Shown here piece after piece: positions 25,801-39,850 of a DNA stretch of 64,000 nt. Origin of the DNA: Octopus bimaculoides (Eukaryota); the NCBI RefSeq assembly GCF_001194135.2, contig NC_068991.1, forward strand, positions 24,482,774 to 24,546,773, in the 5' to 3' direction. Below the pieces are notes generated by a model. It saw only the letters and a program-made list of their open reading frames with translations, was not told the origin of the DNA and searched no databases. The position numbers and the translations under genes were made by a program. How positions within the stretch are numbered: the stretch's first letter is position 1; each line of letters begins with the position of its first letter.

Positions 25801-28800
25801 ATTATTAAAAAATTATAATGAATGGAAGAATATTCTGACATTTTGGGAAGTTATGAAATAAAATCTTTGTTCTTGTACTTACAGGTTTTAATCCTTGAGA
25901 AAATATTAAAAGATATATTTGTAAGAGCACTGAAATTCAATTTACTTGAAGTAAAGGCATACCTAGAGCCAGTTCTGGTGCTAGGTGCATTATGTCTACG
26001 GAAAAATAGGATGGCCTTGGCTAGAATGCCTTTAACCATAAGTCTGTAAAATCAGGGCTTAATGAGAACAGTAACTATGTTTATTTATTAATTTGCTATC
26101 AAAGATAATTCAATAGCTGAATCAAAATGAAGAGAAAATTATAACAGTACATATGTTCAGAAGAACAAGTAGATAACTAAGTAATTGAGCATAAAAAAAG
26201 GCTGGGCAGCTAAACAGACAGACTTTTAAAACAAAGGTCTCTAAAGGAAGGAGTCAGGTGGAGTGATGAGTGGATGAACCAGATTTGAACATGGTGACTC
26301 CCTGAGCCAGAGCTTTCCAAACTTTTTTACATTGACAATATATTTTTTTTTAAATAATCATTTTCAGGACACATTAATTGTCACCAGCCCTGTGTCAAAT
26401 TTTATGCAGAGTTGTCAATTCCCAAATATACATCAAAGCTAAATAGTCTTAAGAATTTATCAGATTTGGCTTAATTTCTTGACACACCAGGAAATAATTG
26501 GAGAAATAGTTTTGATGGCACAGTTTAGAAACCTTTATCCTAAGTGCTGGGATCTTCCAAGAACCCTATTTGGCAATTAACAGAGAATAAGGCTGTGTAA
26601 CAAGTGAACTTGGTAAGCATACCCTCAACGAGCATAAGAAAACCCAACAAAGTGGAAGAGTGCTTTAAAATGTTTTAAAAACATCAATCGGAAAATAATG
26701 CTGGAAATTTATTCCTAATGAGTCAAATGATGGAATGTATTTAATTTTAGGAGTAAGATACTCTCATAAATTTACAATTTCCAGAAAATGAAAAGTAATT
26801 TGAAAACCATTACATAATTAACACTGATAAAACGTAAGAAATCAATCAGTTTACAAATTTACAAAACTTAATGTTGATAAAATGCAGCAATGTAATAATG
26901 TAAGGTAACATAAGTTGGTATAATGTAACATAACACAGACTGAGAAAAGAAATTATAAGTATAAATAAATGTAATAAAAATTTGTATCAGAGAATATTTA
27001 TAAAATAATGAAAAACAATTTTGATTAACTAATTGGGTCTAATTGTTAAATGTTAATGCATGATATTATAACTTAAATATAATTATAGTAAAACTGTTAT
27101 GAATGAAAAATTTCTGATATTTTAAAAGCTTCTTTAACTTGTTTGATCCTAAATTGAAGCTGGTTCAATTTATGTCTAAACCGAGCCTGACAGACAGAGA
27201 AGTGATTGAACTGACATCCTACTCAAATAAATGGACAGCTATGTCGAGAAATGGAAAGAAACAGAGGACAGGATAAAGAAGTAGAGGACAGTTAGATAGA
27301 ATGAGAAACAAAAATACACATGAACAGACAGATATAAATAGCCAGATGGATTGATAAATAGATAAATAGATAGAGAAATATAAAGACATTAAAGATGTAG
27401 AATAAAATATAAGCAAAGTCTAGTGCAAGATGTGAAGTGAAAGTGTAGAATTGTGACAAGGTGTTAAAAGTAAATAAAAAGCAACAAAAATGTAACCCTA
27501 TGTACTCTTTCTCTCCAGCCACACTGAAAGCCAAGTTACATTCACACATATACATTTATAAATACTACAGATAAAATAACATACATTCATGCAGACATCC
27601 CCATCATTGTTACCACACATTCACACATACATACACATATGAATAAGCATACAGTACACAGCTTCTACTGAGACACACTCACAAATAAACTCAAGCCTAT
27701 ATGCACAAAGCCTTACTTACATCATATTATATTAACAAGCCTCACCAAGAAGCAAAATACAAGCTTTCACACAAGCAGACAAACAAACATACATTGAAGC
27801 ATATAGATTTTGTGTCATTTTTCTATAAGGAATGTTCCAGTTGCTTAATCAATGGAGCTACCTATTCATTGTATTTAGTAGCAGAGAATTCCACAGACAA
27901 TTGCACCCTTAACATAATTCATGGGTAGACACAGTGTGACAGGTAGAGTCCATCTGACAGCCTCCCACTCAGTTTCCGTCTACCTAATTTCACTCCCAAG
28001 GGTTGAGTTGGTGCAAATGCATTCATGATTGCAAAGCAAGCTTAGTATCAGTTCAGCCATGTCAGCACCCCACCCATACATACATCTCCACTCTCATACA
28101 TTCAGCTTTCTTTTCCTCTTCTTTCCCAACATACACAACATCTCAAACACACTGTGAAATGAAAACTAAATGAGAAAGAGACACTGATAGCTCGTTCGTG
28201 GATTGGTACCAGTAATTGGGACGTACCATCGGGGTGGTGGTTGTCATGTAATGGTAGTGATGGTGGTGGTGGTGGTAGTGGTGGTAAGTGATAGGAATCA
28301 TACGGAGGAATGCCAGTGTTGGGTGGATGCATGGACATAGAAGGAGCATGGCCTGACGTAGTGGAAGAGTTTGTGCTGCGCATGTAATCATCTCCCTTGT
28401 ACAGGCCACCACTACTGGTCTTACTTGTTGAACGAGATGTGGTTGAGGTCGTTGAGATACCGATGTTCATTCGATTCAGACCGCCATCCATCGAAGAATC
28501 GTTGCGATAGGCAAGTGCTGATCTCTGTATGAATAGAAAGAAAAAGAGTATGAACAAAAGAATATGTTACATCATTATCATCATTTTAACGTCTATTTTG
28601 CCAATGCTTGCATAGGCCAAACAGAATTTATTGAAGTAGATTTTCTACAGCTGAATGCCTTTCCTGCTGCTAACTTTGTCTGTTTCCAAGCAAGGTAATA
28701 TTTCCCTTTGGCTGGACACTTTTATGCAGAATATTGGAAATGAATGACACTGCTTGTACGAGAGTAACGGTCATTACAACTATCATATGATGTCAAGACA

Positions 28801-31800
28801 ATGAAACACAAACATACACACATTCATACCTATATATATACACATACAGACATACAGACATTATGTGTGTGTATATATAAATGAACACACACATATACCC
28901 TGTGAGTATGTGTGTGTCTGAATGCATGCTTGTGAAAACATTTATACACAAAAATACACACACGAAGTTCACTATTACAACAAGAAAGAGAAGTTAATTC
29001 CTTGTTAATTGCAAGGAAGAATTTTCTCCCATCATTTGTAGCTAACAGGAAGATATCCAAGTTAGGTGAAATACTTTATAATTCATCCATTTCCACAATT
29101 AGAAGAGTCAGAAGATTTTCTAATGGTGTGTATGTCTCCATACAATTGAGACACATGCTGCTTTTCACATAGGCTGAGCTAACTTATGCAATGATTATAA
29201 TAATAACTGATGAGTTCTGAGTGACAGGCCAACACCTAATCCCTCGTCCACTCTCTTTGTGTGGGTTTGTATCATCAACATCATCATCATCTCCATCATC
29301 GTTTTCACACCCACTTTTCCATATTTGCAGCCAGATGCCTTTTCTATTGCTAGCCCTCACCTGTTTCCAAGCAAGGCAATATTTCCTTAAGGCAGGACAT
29401 CTTTTCACAGAAGATTAGAAACAAAGAACACTGTTTGTGTGACAGTGACAATCGTTTACAAGTGATACTCGTGTTATGTCAACACAAGGAGACAAGGAGA
29501 CAAAACCTCTTCACATGCATACATACATATCTATATATGTAAGTATGTACCTATGTACACACATGATGGCCGTCCACTCGTGACCGAGGAAGATCATTGC
29601 CGACCTTCAGGAACATGCTAGGACTAACTAGAGTGCACAATGTTAGCAATATGTATGTACCTATGTACATACATACATACATACATGCATATTGTCTACG
29701 TCATAAGAATTTAAAAAGATCAAGAGATATGAAATTGCTTGTAATGATGAAAGTAGTTAAAACTATAAATAACAGTGTATAAAATATTGGGTTAAAAAAC
29801 ACCTTGGATCGAGAAGATTGAAAGGATTGCTTTTGATATAACATTAGAACATCTATCATGTTTATAGAAGACATGGGTTGAAATCCCATAGGCATTCTTT
29901 GACTTTTACCATCCAAAGAGGGTATTTTTAATAACTACTTTGAGTTCCACCATAGAAAACAATTTATAAGACATCCAGCCATAGTGCTCAGGAACCTGGT
30001 TAAGAGTGTTGGCAGGAGAATCTCCAGCTTATCTTCAAGCAAAGAGAGCTTTGATGCTGCTACTCTGTACTACAACTGGGCTCTGGCTGCCAGCTGTTTC
30101 AAGCACAGTATTAGTTACATGCCAGACCCTACCCCACCTCCAAGAGAAAGTGTCACCAGAAATTGCTGTGGTTCATGCCACCCTTCTCTTTAAACATTAA
30201 GACCAGAGTAGGCAAGACCTTCCTTAGTCTAGTTGATAGACACTTCCCCTGTTTTAATTGATTCAACAAAATATTTAATAGACATACCCTGAGATTATCC
30301 TTTAGTTGTGTACCTAGTGTAAAAAAGATTTTAGTAGGTAGGCCTACACCCAAGGCAGAGACAGGATTATCATGCAAGGGTAACAATTTGTCTGCTGAAC
30401 AGCCACTGCAACACAGAGACAGTTGTATACAAGGCAGAGGTAACAGCCACAGGACCCAATGGACAACTGATTGTGTGAAAATATGTGGGGGTAATGGAAG
30501 ACCCCTTCAGAACCTGCTTTAACAACAGAAAGTCCTCCTTCAATATTTCAGAGAGACACAATGCCACAACCCTAGCCAGGCACGTTTGATCTTTGAAAGG
30601 AAGAGCTAGAGAGTACAGCATAAAGTGGAAAATCCTGGAGAATGCAAACCGCATTTCAATAGCAGCAGGAAGTGCAGGTTATGCCTGGCTGAGAAGAGAG
30701 CAATTATAAACACCCAGATGTTTACCTGAATGGCAGGAAAGGAAGTACATCCTATCATACCTGCATGCCACAACATAACTGCAACCACAGGTCCCCAACT
30801 TCAACCTTCTACCAATGTCTTCAAGCCTGGCAAACAGTTTGACCAAAGCACACACCAATGCACCCATCAACACACACACCTGTAAGGTGAGCATCCCACC
30901 ACCCCCAACTTATACCCCTTCACACACATTGTACCCCCCAGAAAGAAAATAGTCTAACGAACACAGCTATATATACCTACACCTCCAGAAAAAATTACGC
31001 ATATGACACCACTACACATATCACACACCTGATTCCCACAAGAGCACCACATTTAATAATGCCCACTTTCCCCACAAACACTTCAAGATAATTCTTGCTA
31101 GCTTCACAACATAGCCGACCAAGGGACATGACTCCTAACCTAATCCCCCGGCCCTTTTTCATTTCACCACCTCTTTTACAGCAGTTGCTGACCGGTTGTG
31201 CTAATCCACCTTCAATAATAGAGAGCAGTTGCCATATTCCCTTCCATATCAGCTGTGATGAGCATAAGATTATATAAAAGGATTGTCACCTAACAATTCA
31301 TTGTATTCCTTGCCCAAAACTGATTAGTAAGATCAGCCATGGTGGATATATAATACTATATATTTTGGATAATATACCTACTCTACTGACAGATATACAA
31401 GTGCATCTTTTCCATGATTTATGGTCTCTTAGACGAATCATATATATATGTACAGGCATACATCCCACTCATGCCAGCATGGAAAGCAGACGTTAAACGA
31501 TGATGATGATGATGATGATGAATAAGGTTTATGTTAGTTTCCAATCTACCAAATCCATTCACAAGGCTTTGGTCAGCCTGAGGCTTTAGTAAAAGATTCT
31601 ACCCCAAGGTAGTATGCAATAGAACTGAACTTGAAACCATGTGGTTAGCACCTATACACAGCCATGCCAATGCTTATATAAATGTTCCTTCATCTTTTGA
31701 TTTTATTTCTCTTGCATGAATGATATAAGGAGTGATATTTACCGATAGCATAGTACTTCTAGTACCACCGAGTGCTTCATCCAATTCCAGTTTTTTACCT

Positions 31801-34800
31801 TTGAATTTATACCAAACTCGTTTGATTTCAAACCGTACCTATAAAAAAAAAATGGAGAACAAGGAAATAAGAAATAACAAAAACAAATAAATGAATGAAA
31901 TAAAATAAGAATAACAAAAGTAAAGAATGCTTTTTAAAAAAGCAAAGAAAATGAAAAGCAAGCAAATGACAGCTATCATCTTTAGCAGAACAATATACAG
32001 GACAAGTTTGAAACATTGTCAGTAGTGAAGATAGAAAGGTGTTTCTTAATTGAAGGTTCATGGTTCAGTAGTTGGAGTGTCAAGCTTACAATTGTGTGGT
32101 TGTGAATTTGATTCCTGCACCTGGCGGTGTGTAGTGTTCTTGAGGAAGACACTTTACTTCATGTTGCTTAGTTCATTCAGCTGTAGTAATGGATTGAAAT
32201 GTCACTGGTTTGGCCTTTGCTTTTTCCCTTGGAGAAACATCAGTGGCATGGAGAGGGGAGACTGGTATGCATGGGTGACTGCTGGTCTTCCACAAACAAC
32301 CTTTCCCAGACTTGTGCTTTGGAGAACTTTCTATGGGCAATCCCACAGTCATTTGTGAAGAGGTTCTTCACCCTTTACTCCTTAATGTTCACTTTTCCAA
32401 GCTTGCATGAATTACATGAAATTCATCAAGGCAGATTTTCTATGGCTAGATATCCTTCCTGTTACCAACCCTCATCTGTCTCCAAGTAAGGTAATATTCC
32501 CTGTGGTTGGACATGTTTCTATAGAAGATTAGAAACTAACAATATCACTTGTATGATGGCTATGCCCATCTACAACTGTCATGCGATGTCAAGACAAAGA
32601 CACACACACACAACAGGCTTTTTCAGTTACCAAATCCACTCATAATGCTTTGGTTGGCCCAGAGCAACTATGTGGTTGGTAGGCAAACATTTTAACAAAA
32701 CAGCCATGTTTGCAGCTTCCTTATGTAATGTGCCCTTCCTTTCATTTCAAGGAGGATGGGGGGGGGGGAGCTTGGTTGCAACTCTTAGCAAACCAAATTA
32801 CCATAAAGTGGTTTCCTTATAGTGGTGTTGATACACAGTTATGTATGATGGCAATGGTATATAGATGCATATTGTGATAGCCTGAAAGAATGTATGAGAG
32901 TTGTATATGTACAAATACTGAATATATATTTTTTATACATCAACTTACTGGTCGACTACATATAACGTAGAAGACAAAGATGAAAACTCCCATAAAACAG
33001 CTCATAATTGCAAAGAGGTAGTGGAAAGCAGCATAGTTCTGATTAACTGAGAGGAGTGCAAACACCCAGTTAGCACCACACATTGGTAACAGCAAGGAGG
33101 CAACCAGTAGACTCTCTCTGTAGATATGAAAAATAAAATTGAAAAAAAAAATTTTTTTTTAATTAAGAGAAAATATGTATGTGAATATCAACTTGTATGT
33201 GAATAAAGACTAAGTAATGTAAATAAATGAATTGTCATATAAAAATAAGATAAATAAATAAGAAGAAACTGGAAATAATTACAGCTACATCAGCAACCAA
33301 AATGACAGAATTGAAAAGGTTTGGCTGATATTATAGCAAGATTAATCAGATAGAGAAAAGGCATTCTATTTTATGTCAGCAGTGATCAGACTGCTATTCA
33401 GAACACTGAAAAGCTTTATATGATAATAACTGTTAATATGTTAGCTGTTATTATCACTGAATAGCTTGAGGCAGCAAGTTGGCAGAATCATTAGCACATT
33501 GAACAAAATGCTTAGTGGCATTTCTTCCAAGACTTTACATTCTGAGTTCAGATTCAGCCATGGTTGGCTTTTGCCTTTCATCCTCTTGGGCTCAATAAAG
33601 TAAATACCAGTTGAACACTTGGTTCAATGTAATTGACTTAACCATCCCCTCAAAATTGCTGGCCTTGTGTCAAAATTACAAAGAATTATCAATGAATCAC
33701 ATTCTGTACTACACATAATAAGCAATAACAGTTCTATTGGAGGTTTTCAGTTGCTTCTACTCTCCTTGTGCTATGAAGTGAGCAGAAGAAATTTCTTGCA
33801 ATACCAGACAGTCATGGAGGAGAGCCAACATAGAAAATTTCCTTTCTTCAGGATGGATTCAAACAACACCACTCCTATATTTTGACAAATTATTGTTTAA
33901 TGAGGAATGAGAGAAAACAGCAAAAAGTTTAAAGAAAGAAAACTGTCAGGTTTCTCTGATTGAGAAGCTAATCAATCAGAATATGAAGAAAAGAAGATTC
34001 AGACTTCCACCACAACAAAATAAAAAATATATAGATTTAAAAAAGATGATAAAGCTTACTTTAACATCCCTAGATCTTCATGAGACACATGAACTTTTTC
34101 TCGACAGCTAGCTTGCCACCCTAATATACAGGTAAGTACTGAAATCTGAGAAAGAATAGTAGCAAGTAATTAATAGACATAAATAATTATGAAAAGCATC
34201 ACACACACACATTTTAGGATTACATTTTAAGGTCACATATTAAAAGACAATGGAAAAAATATTGAGTTTTCTCAATCTAAATTCAATATATAATTAAAAG
34301 CATAATGTTTAAAATTTAATGTTATTCTGATTTTAATATTTTAATTTAGAAATTTAGAAATTTGGATGTTAAATTGACAGTGATTAATTAAGAGTAGAAC
34401 CTTAATTGAATTCCAATTGCCAATTTAGGATAATTTACATGTAAAAATAATACATATAATACATAAAGTTGTTATCATGTGAATGGTCGATTACTTATGG
34501 AGAAGAAGTTATCACAACTAATAAAATCCTCCCCACTAATACGACATGAAACATTCTAATAACTCTGGTTTTGCTGAAAAACTACCCTGAGGGGTTTTTT
34601 TTTTCAATCGTATTGATCCCTTATCTATTTTAATAAATCTCCATACATCGATGTTATTGACAGAGGTGTTTATGAATGACAGAAATATTTATCTGTTTAT
34701 TCAGTGAAGTACACTGCCTGCTTCTCCATACAAAAAAACCCCAAAAAAACACAGAAGTCATGAGTATTTCTGAAGAGTATGTAAGGCATGTAGACAGAAG

Positions 34801-37162
34801 GGAGATAAATTGTTTATCACAAAGCACTCTCTGAGTGGTTGGCGTTAGGAAGGGCATCCAGCTGTAGAAACTCTGCCAAATTAGATTGGAGCCTGGTGTA
34901 GCCATCCAGTTGCACCAGTCCTCAGTCAAATCGTCCAACCCATGCTAGCATGGAAAGCGGACGTTAAACGATGATGATGATGATGATGAAAGCAGTGACT
35001 AAAACTTCATAATTTCTTTTGAAAATATAATGCCAGTTTTTTTGGGTTTTTTTTGGTGTCTGAAAATAATGAGAAAGAGTGGTACGGCCTGAAGTGGCTA
35101 TGAAATTAGATTCTTGATGCTGCAGGGCTTTTATTCCTATCAGCACTTTGAAGTTTAAAATCAAAAGTCAATCCATGCAATCCAATTCCACAGTGGCTCA
35201 GCAAGCTAAGATGGCTGTACTGATAGTAATAGGCTTTATATTTGAGTAGAGTTCTCCTCAGTGACTGCTTCACAAAAACAGAGAGCTCCACCTACCCTGA
35301 AGTTGCCAGAAATGTGTAAAAGAAGGCACCAGACTGCCTAAGAGGATTCACACTTTGATTTGCTGTTAAGGTTGACTCCTCTAGCCTTTTCTTTTCTCAA
35401 AGCACTCACAAGTAAAGGCTTGTGCTTGGAGTTTCTTCCATTACTTGTTAATTAACACATAACGGTGTTACTACTTTGGGTAAAGTAGACTGGTGAAAAC
35501 ACAGTGGCTATGTATATATGTGCAATATTAACTGACAATAAAAGTAAAACAAAAAGAAAAACTTACTATCCATACTACAACAATAGGTCCAGCAAAGCTC
35601 CATATGAACATATTTTTGGTTGATAACCAGCAACTGAAAGTAAAGCACTCATATACATTAATTATGAATTTGAATTGGGAACTTGAGTCATAGATGGATG
35701 AAATATTGGTTTCAAATTTTGGCAAAATGCCAGCAAGTTAAGGGAAGGGGTTAAGTCAATTACATCAACCCCAGTGTTCAAGAGAATCCATGAAAGCAGT
35801 GAAAAGAAAAAAAGAAATAAACAGCAACCATGTTGAGAAATACTTACAATTCAGCTGTTCCATATTGGTCTGTGTAAAGTCCTACAGCTAAGCCAACAAT
35901 AATACCAGGAATAACTGAAAAAATTATACAAATAAGAATAAACAAGACTTGTTTAAATAAATATTCAAAATTTCAGTCGATTTTTACAATATTTGTTAAG
36001 CAAACAAGAAATAAAAGATATAAGCACTAGAAATTTTTGATATTTAAAAAAAAAAATGTTTAATACACATTTTCAATGTTGGAATGAATGGATAGATGAC
36101 ATTTGAAGATTGTTGGTAGAATTTGTTAATCAGATGCATGAAAAACGGACAGAGGCAAGTAGAGTCACGTGACTGACTCAGAAGGTCAAAATAAAAGTGA
36201 CAATAAGGTTTGAACTGAGATTGAGAACCACAGAATGTTTCAAAAGATGATTTCAGAACAAATCTTTTGACAATTTTATACAAGAGAATGTAAAAAGACA
36301 ACTAAATAAATATATAAATATATAACTACATGAATAAAAATAAATGACAAAGAAAGCAACGGACTTACCAAAACCAACAAGATAATAAAACTTCATTGAA
36401 CCAGTATTTATATCACGTATTTCTGTTAACATACGGTAGATATGAAGTATTTCCACAAACAACCAAGCAAATGTACTGATGAAGAAATAATGAAGGAAGA
36501 TGGCAACAATGCGGCAGAGTATCTGAAATAAAGAAATGAGGAATGATTATTTCAGGATTACTGCTTATTGATAAGGGAAACCAATATAAAGTGGAGTACA
36601 TTGGATAGGCTTTTTTTTCTATGTTAAGAGAACATAGGATTTTGTACAGGTAGGTTTGGCTGGTATGCTTAAGAAATTCATTTCACAATCACATGTTTCC
36701 AGGTTTGATTCCAGTGAATGGCATGTTTGGCAAGTGTCTTCTACTATAGCTTTGGGGTGACCAAACCAAATAACTTATGAAAGAAATTTATTAGATGGAA
36801 ACTAAAGAATGCTGGTGTGTAGATGTGTGTGTGTGTGTGGAGGGGGAGAGGTTGTGCATATGTATTTTCTAATATTTTTGCCTATGGAATATTAGTTTTA
36901 ATCATATTTGCTCAATGTTCAGAAATGAGAAACTTTAAGACGTGAATCAAGAGACTCAGTAGTGAATAATATAGTTTATGCTTTGTCAAGGACACATTGT
37001 CTAGTGGTTAAGGTGTTACACTCACAATCATGAAGTAATGGTTTCAATCTTGGACTAGGAGGTGCATTGTGTTCTTAAGAAAAAGACTTCATCACACATT
37101 GCTCAGCAATCACTTTGACACCTGATGTGTGGTACACTGTGCACCTGCTCAAGCCATGTGTG

Positions 37163-37220
<58 letters not shown>

Positions 37221-39812
37221 CACCTTTAAGAGCCTTTGACACAAAATGCTGATACTTTTTACGAAACAAAATAAAAGCTATTAATTTTGTAGGTTAGGTT
37301 AAATGTTAAATTGCTGCTTAGTTCAGATTCTCAGCTGGATGGGGGCACACACATAAAGCACAAATACATCAAGAATAATCATGAAGTACAGAAAAGACAA
37401 ACAAATAAATAATATAGGAAGTTTGAAAAGTAAAAAAAACAAAGTGGAAAAGGCATAGAAATAGGAATCAAAATAATAACAATGAAAGATAGTGTACAAA
37501 GAAAAAAATTACACCAAATGAAAAGAATAGAAAAAGATCTAAGAATAGAAAAGGATCTAAGAATAGAAAAGGTTATGCTCTTTATCAAAGAGAAGTAAAA
37601 GGAAGAGATGTAGGAGAAAAAGAAACTGAAATAATACCAATTTATGATGTCTGCTTACTTTGTAGATAAAATGCATTTTAAAGATTCATAGAAAACTGGT
37701 CTAATGGGGTGGAGGGGAGATGGACGAAGAAGAAAAGAGAGAGGGAGAGGGAGGGAGAGAGATTGGAAAAGTTGAACTTACTTCAGGTTTGGTCCGAGCA
37801 ACACCAATAAGGAAGAAGAGCTCAGAGAGAAATATGGATATGATGAAATTGATTCGAATTGTGTTGCAATTTGTGTTCAAGTTTTTCAAGAGGAAAAATA
37901 TAAGGAAGGCAAAGCAAAGACATATCATGGATATAATGAGCCCAATGTAGGTAATTGCTTTCAACTGAATGGCATTGGTTGGTACATACTGTAAAGAAAA
38001 ACAAGTAAAAAAAAGAATTATAAATTTTACTTTTAAAATTCCATATGACTTACCATATATGCTGGTGTAGAAGACAAGCTTCTTTTATTCTTAAAAATAA
38101 CAAAAGAATTGCCCAGCATCTGAATTGATAGTATTACAGATGAGATACTGAGTGTATGATGGAACATTTTAAACTTCTTTTACAAACAAAATATTTTTTT
38201 TCTCAAGAAGTAGTGGTTTGTGTTTTGCAAGAGTGCACCTTTACACACCAACACATTTTGTAAATTTGTGCCGGTCTCATATTACAAAGGAGATAATCAT
38301 TTCTTCATAAAGCTCGAAATAATTCCTTTTCTTCAATGTGTATGCAACCGTTTTATTTTAATTATACATAAAATGTAAATTTCCTGGTAAAAATTCTTGA
38401 AAGAAAGCAATGTCCAAGTTGTAATTTTTAAAACATGCTTGTCATAATTTAAATATAACTTAAGTGAGTGAGATTATATATTTTATCCTTTAATTAGTTT
38501 ATTTTACAAAATGTATTATTTCTTAAATGTTTAATTACATTCTTGAAAGAAATAATTTTGTACAAATGAATTACACAAATACAGTCATCTCACTACAATT
38601 CATTGTGTTATCTTCATATCTTATTTCATAGCTTTAAATCTTCAATATTTTTTTATTTGAAATTAGCCAGCTTTTGAAACTAATTACTTCTAGTTCTCTG
38701 ATGAAGCAGAATTATGACCAAAAGTATTACACCTTGGACTTACTTGCTCTTTTGTTTTTATTTTAGTTTTGCTTTCCAAACGTAATGTATCTAAGATAAC
38801 ATGATCCATCATCATCATCATTATCGTTTAACGTCCGCTTTCCATGCTAGCATGGGTTAGACGATTTGACTGAGGACTGGTGAACCAGATAGCTACATCA
38901 GGCTCCAGAGTTTCTACAGCTGGATGCCCTTCGTAATGCTAGCCACTCCGAGAGTGTAGTGGGTGCTTTTACGTGCCACTGGCACGAAGGCCAGTCAGGT
39001 GGTACTGGCAATGGCCACGCTCAAAATGGTGTATTTTACATGCCACCTGCACAGGAGCCAGTCCAGCGGCACTGGCAATGATCTCGCTCGAATGTCTTTT
39101 CATGTGCCAGGAAGGCGACGCTGATCCAATGTGTCTGTTTCATTTTAAGATGAAAGAATATAATTCGGGAAAGATCTGACTGTTCTTTCTAATAGATTGA
39201 CCTACCTTACAAGGACACCATGAAGTGATTGCAGTGTTCTTTCAAACAAACTGTGTAACTTGTTTCAGATTGTTTGACAGACAATAGTTTCTCCTCCTAT
39301 TTCACAGTGAGGTATATTTAGTGGAGTTCACTTTTGCAAGCATCCTAATTCAGTTCTAGAGAATACTCAGGAGAATGATTGGATGGTCACTGCTGGAACA
39401 CCTTTTAATCATAGGTTTGCACAGTCAGGGCTGACCGGGAGCTAAAGAACAATAACAACCACATGCTGTTCCTTCAACTGTAACTGAAATAACATCTCTC
39501 TCTCTCTCTCTCTTGGTCTGTCATCATTCCTACTGTGCCTCACTTCCTAAACTCAACATTAAACACTTTACTCAACTCTTCTTCTCCACAATAATATCCC
39601 TCTAAAATTCTTTCCTGTCCACATTTACATCAAAGTACCCACTTATAGAAGTTGAAGTTGAATATCAATAACATTAACCCCACAAACCCAATCCCATATT
39701 CAGTAGGACCAGTAAAAGTCATGAGTGTCAACAATCTTCCTTGCTACAATCAAATAATATAGCAATAATTAAAATAAAAAATGTAAGACTGTACCCATAC
39801 TACATAGAACTT

Positions 39813-39850
<38 letters not shown>

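Noticed and set aside
25882-26047. Cassette exon in the large tail intron (ttttacag acceptor; gtatgc or gtaagt donors)
   Set aside because: Only the phase-2 entry is open; the flanking exons require phase 1, which stops after 7 codons
37523-37576. 18-bp triplicate aagaatagaaaaggatct as a regulatory array
   Set aside because: Short purine-rich slippage repeat with nothing to suggest function
39205-39240. HCNH motif as the GPS exon
   Set aside because: Followed by FMVSL*; the real GPS exon is at 43601-43733
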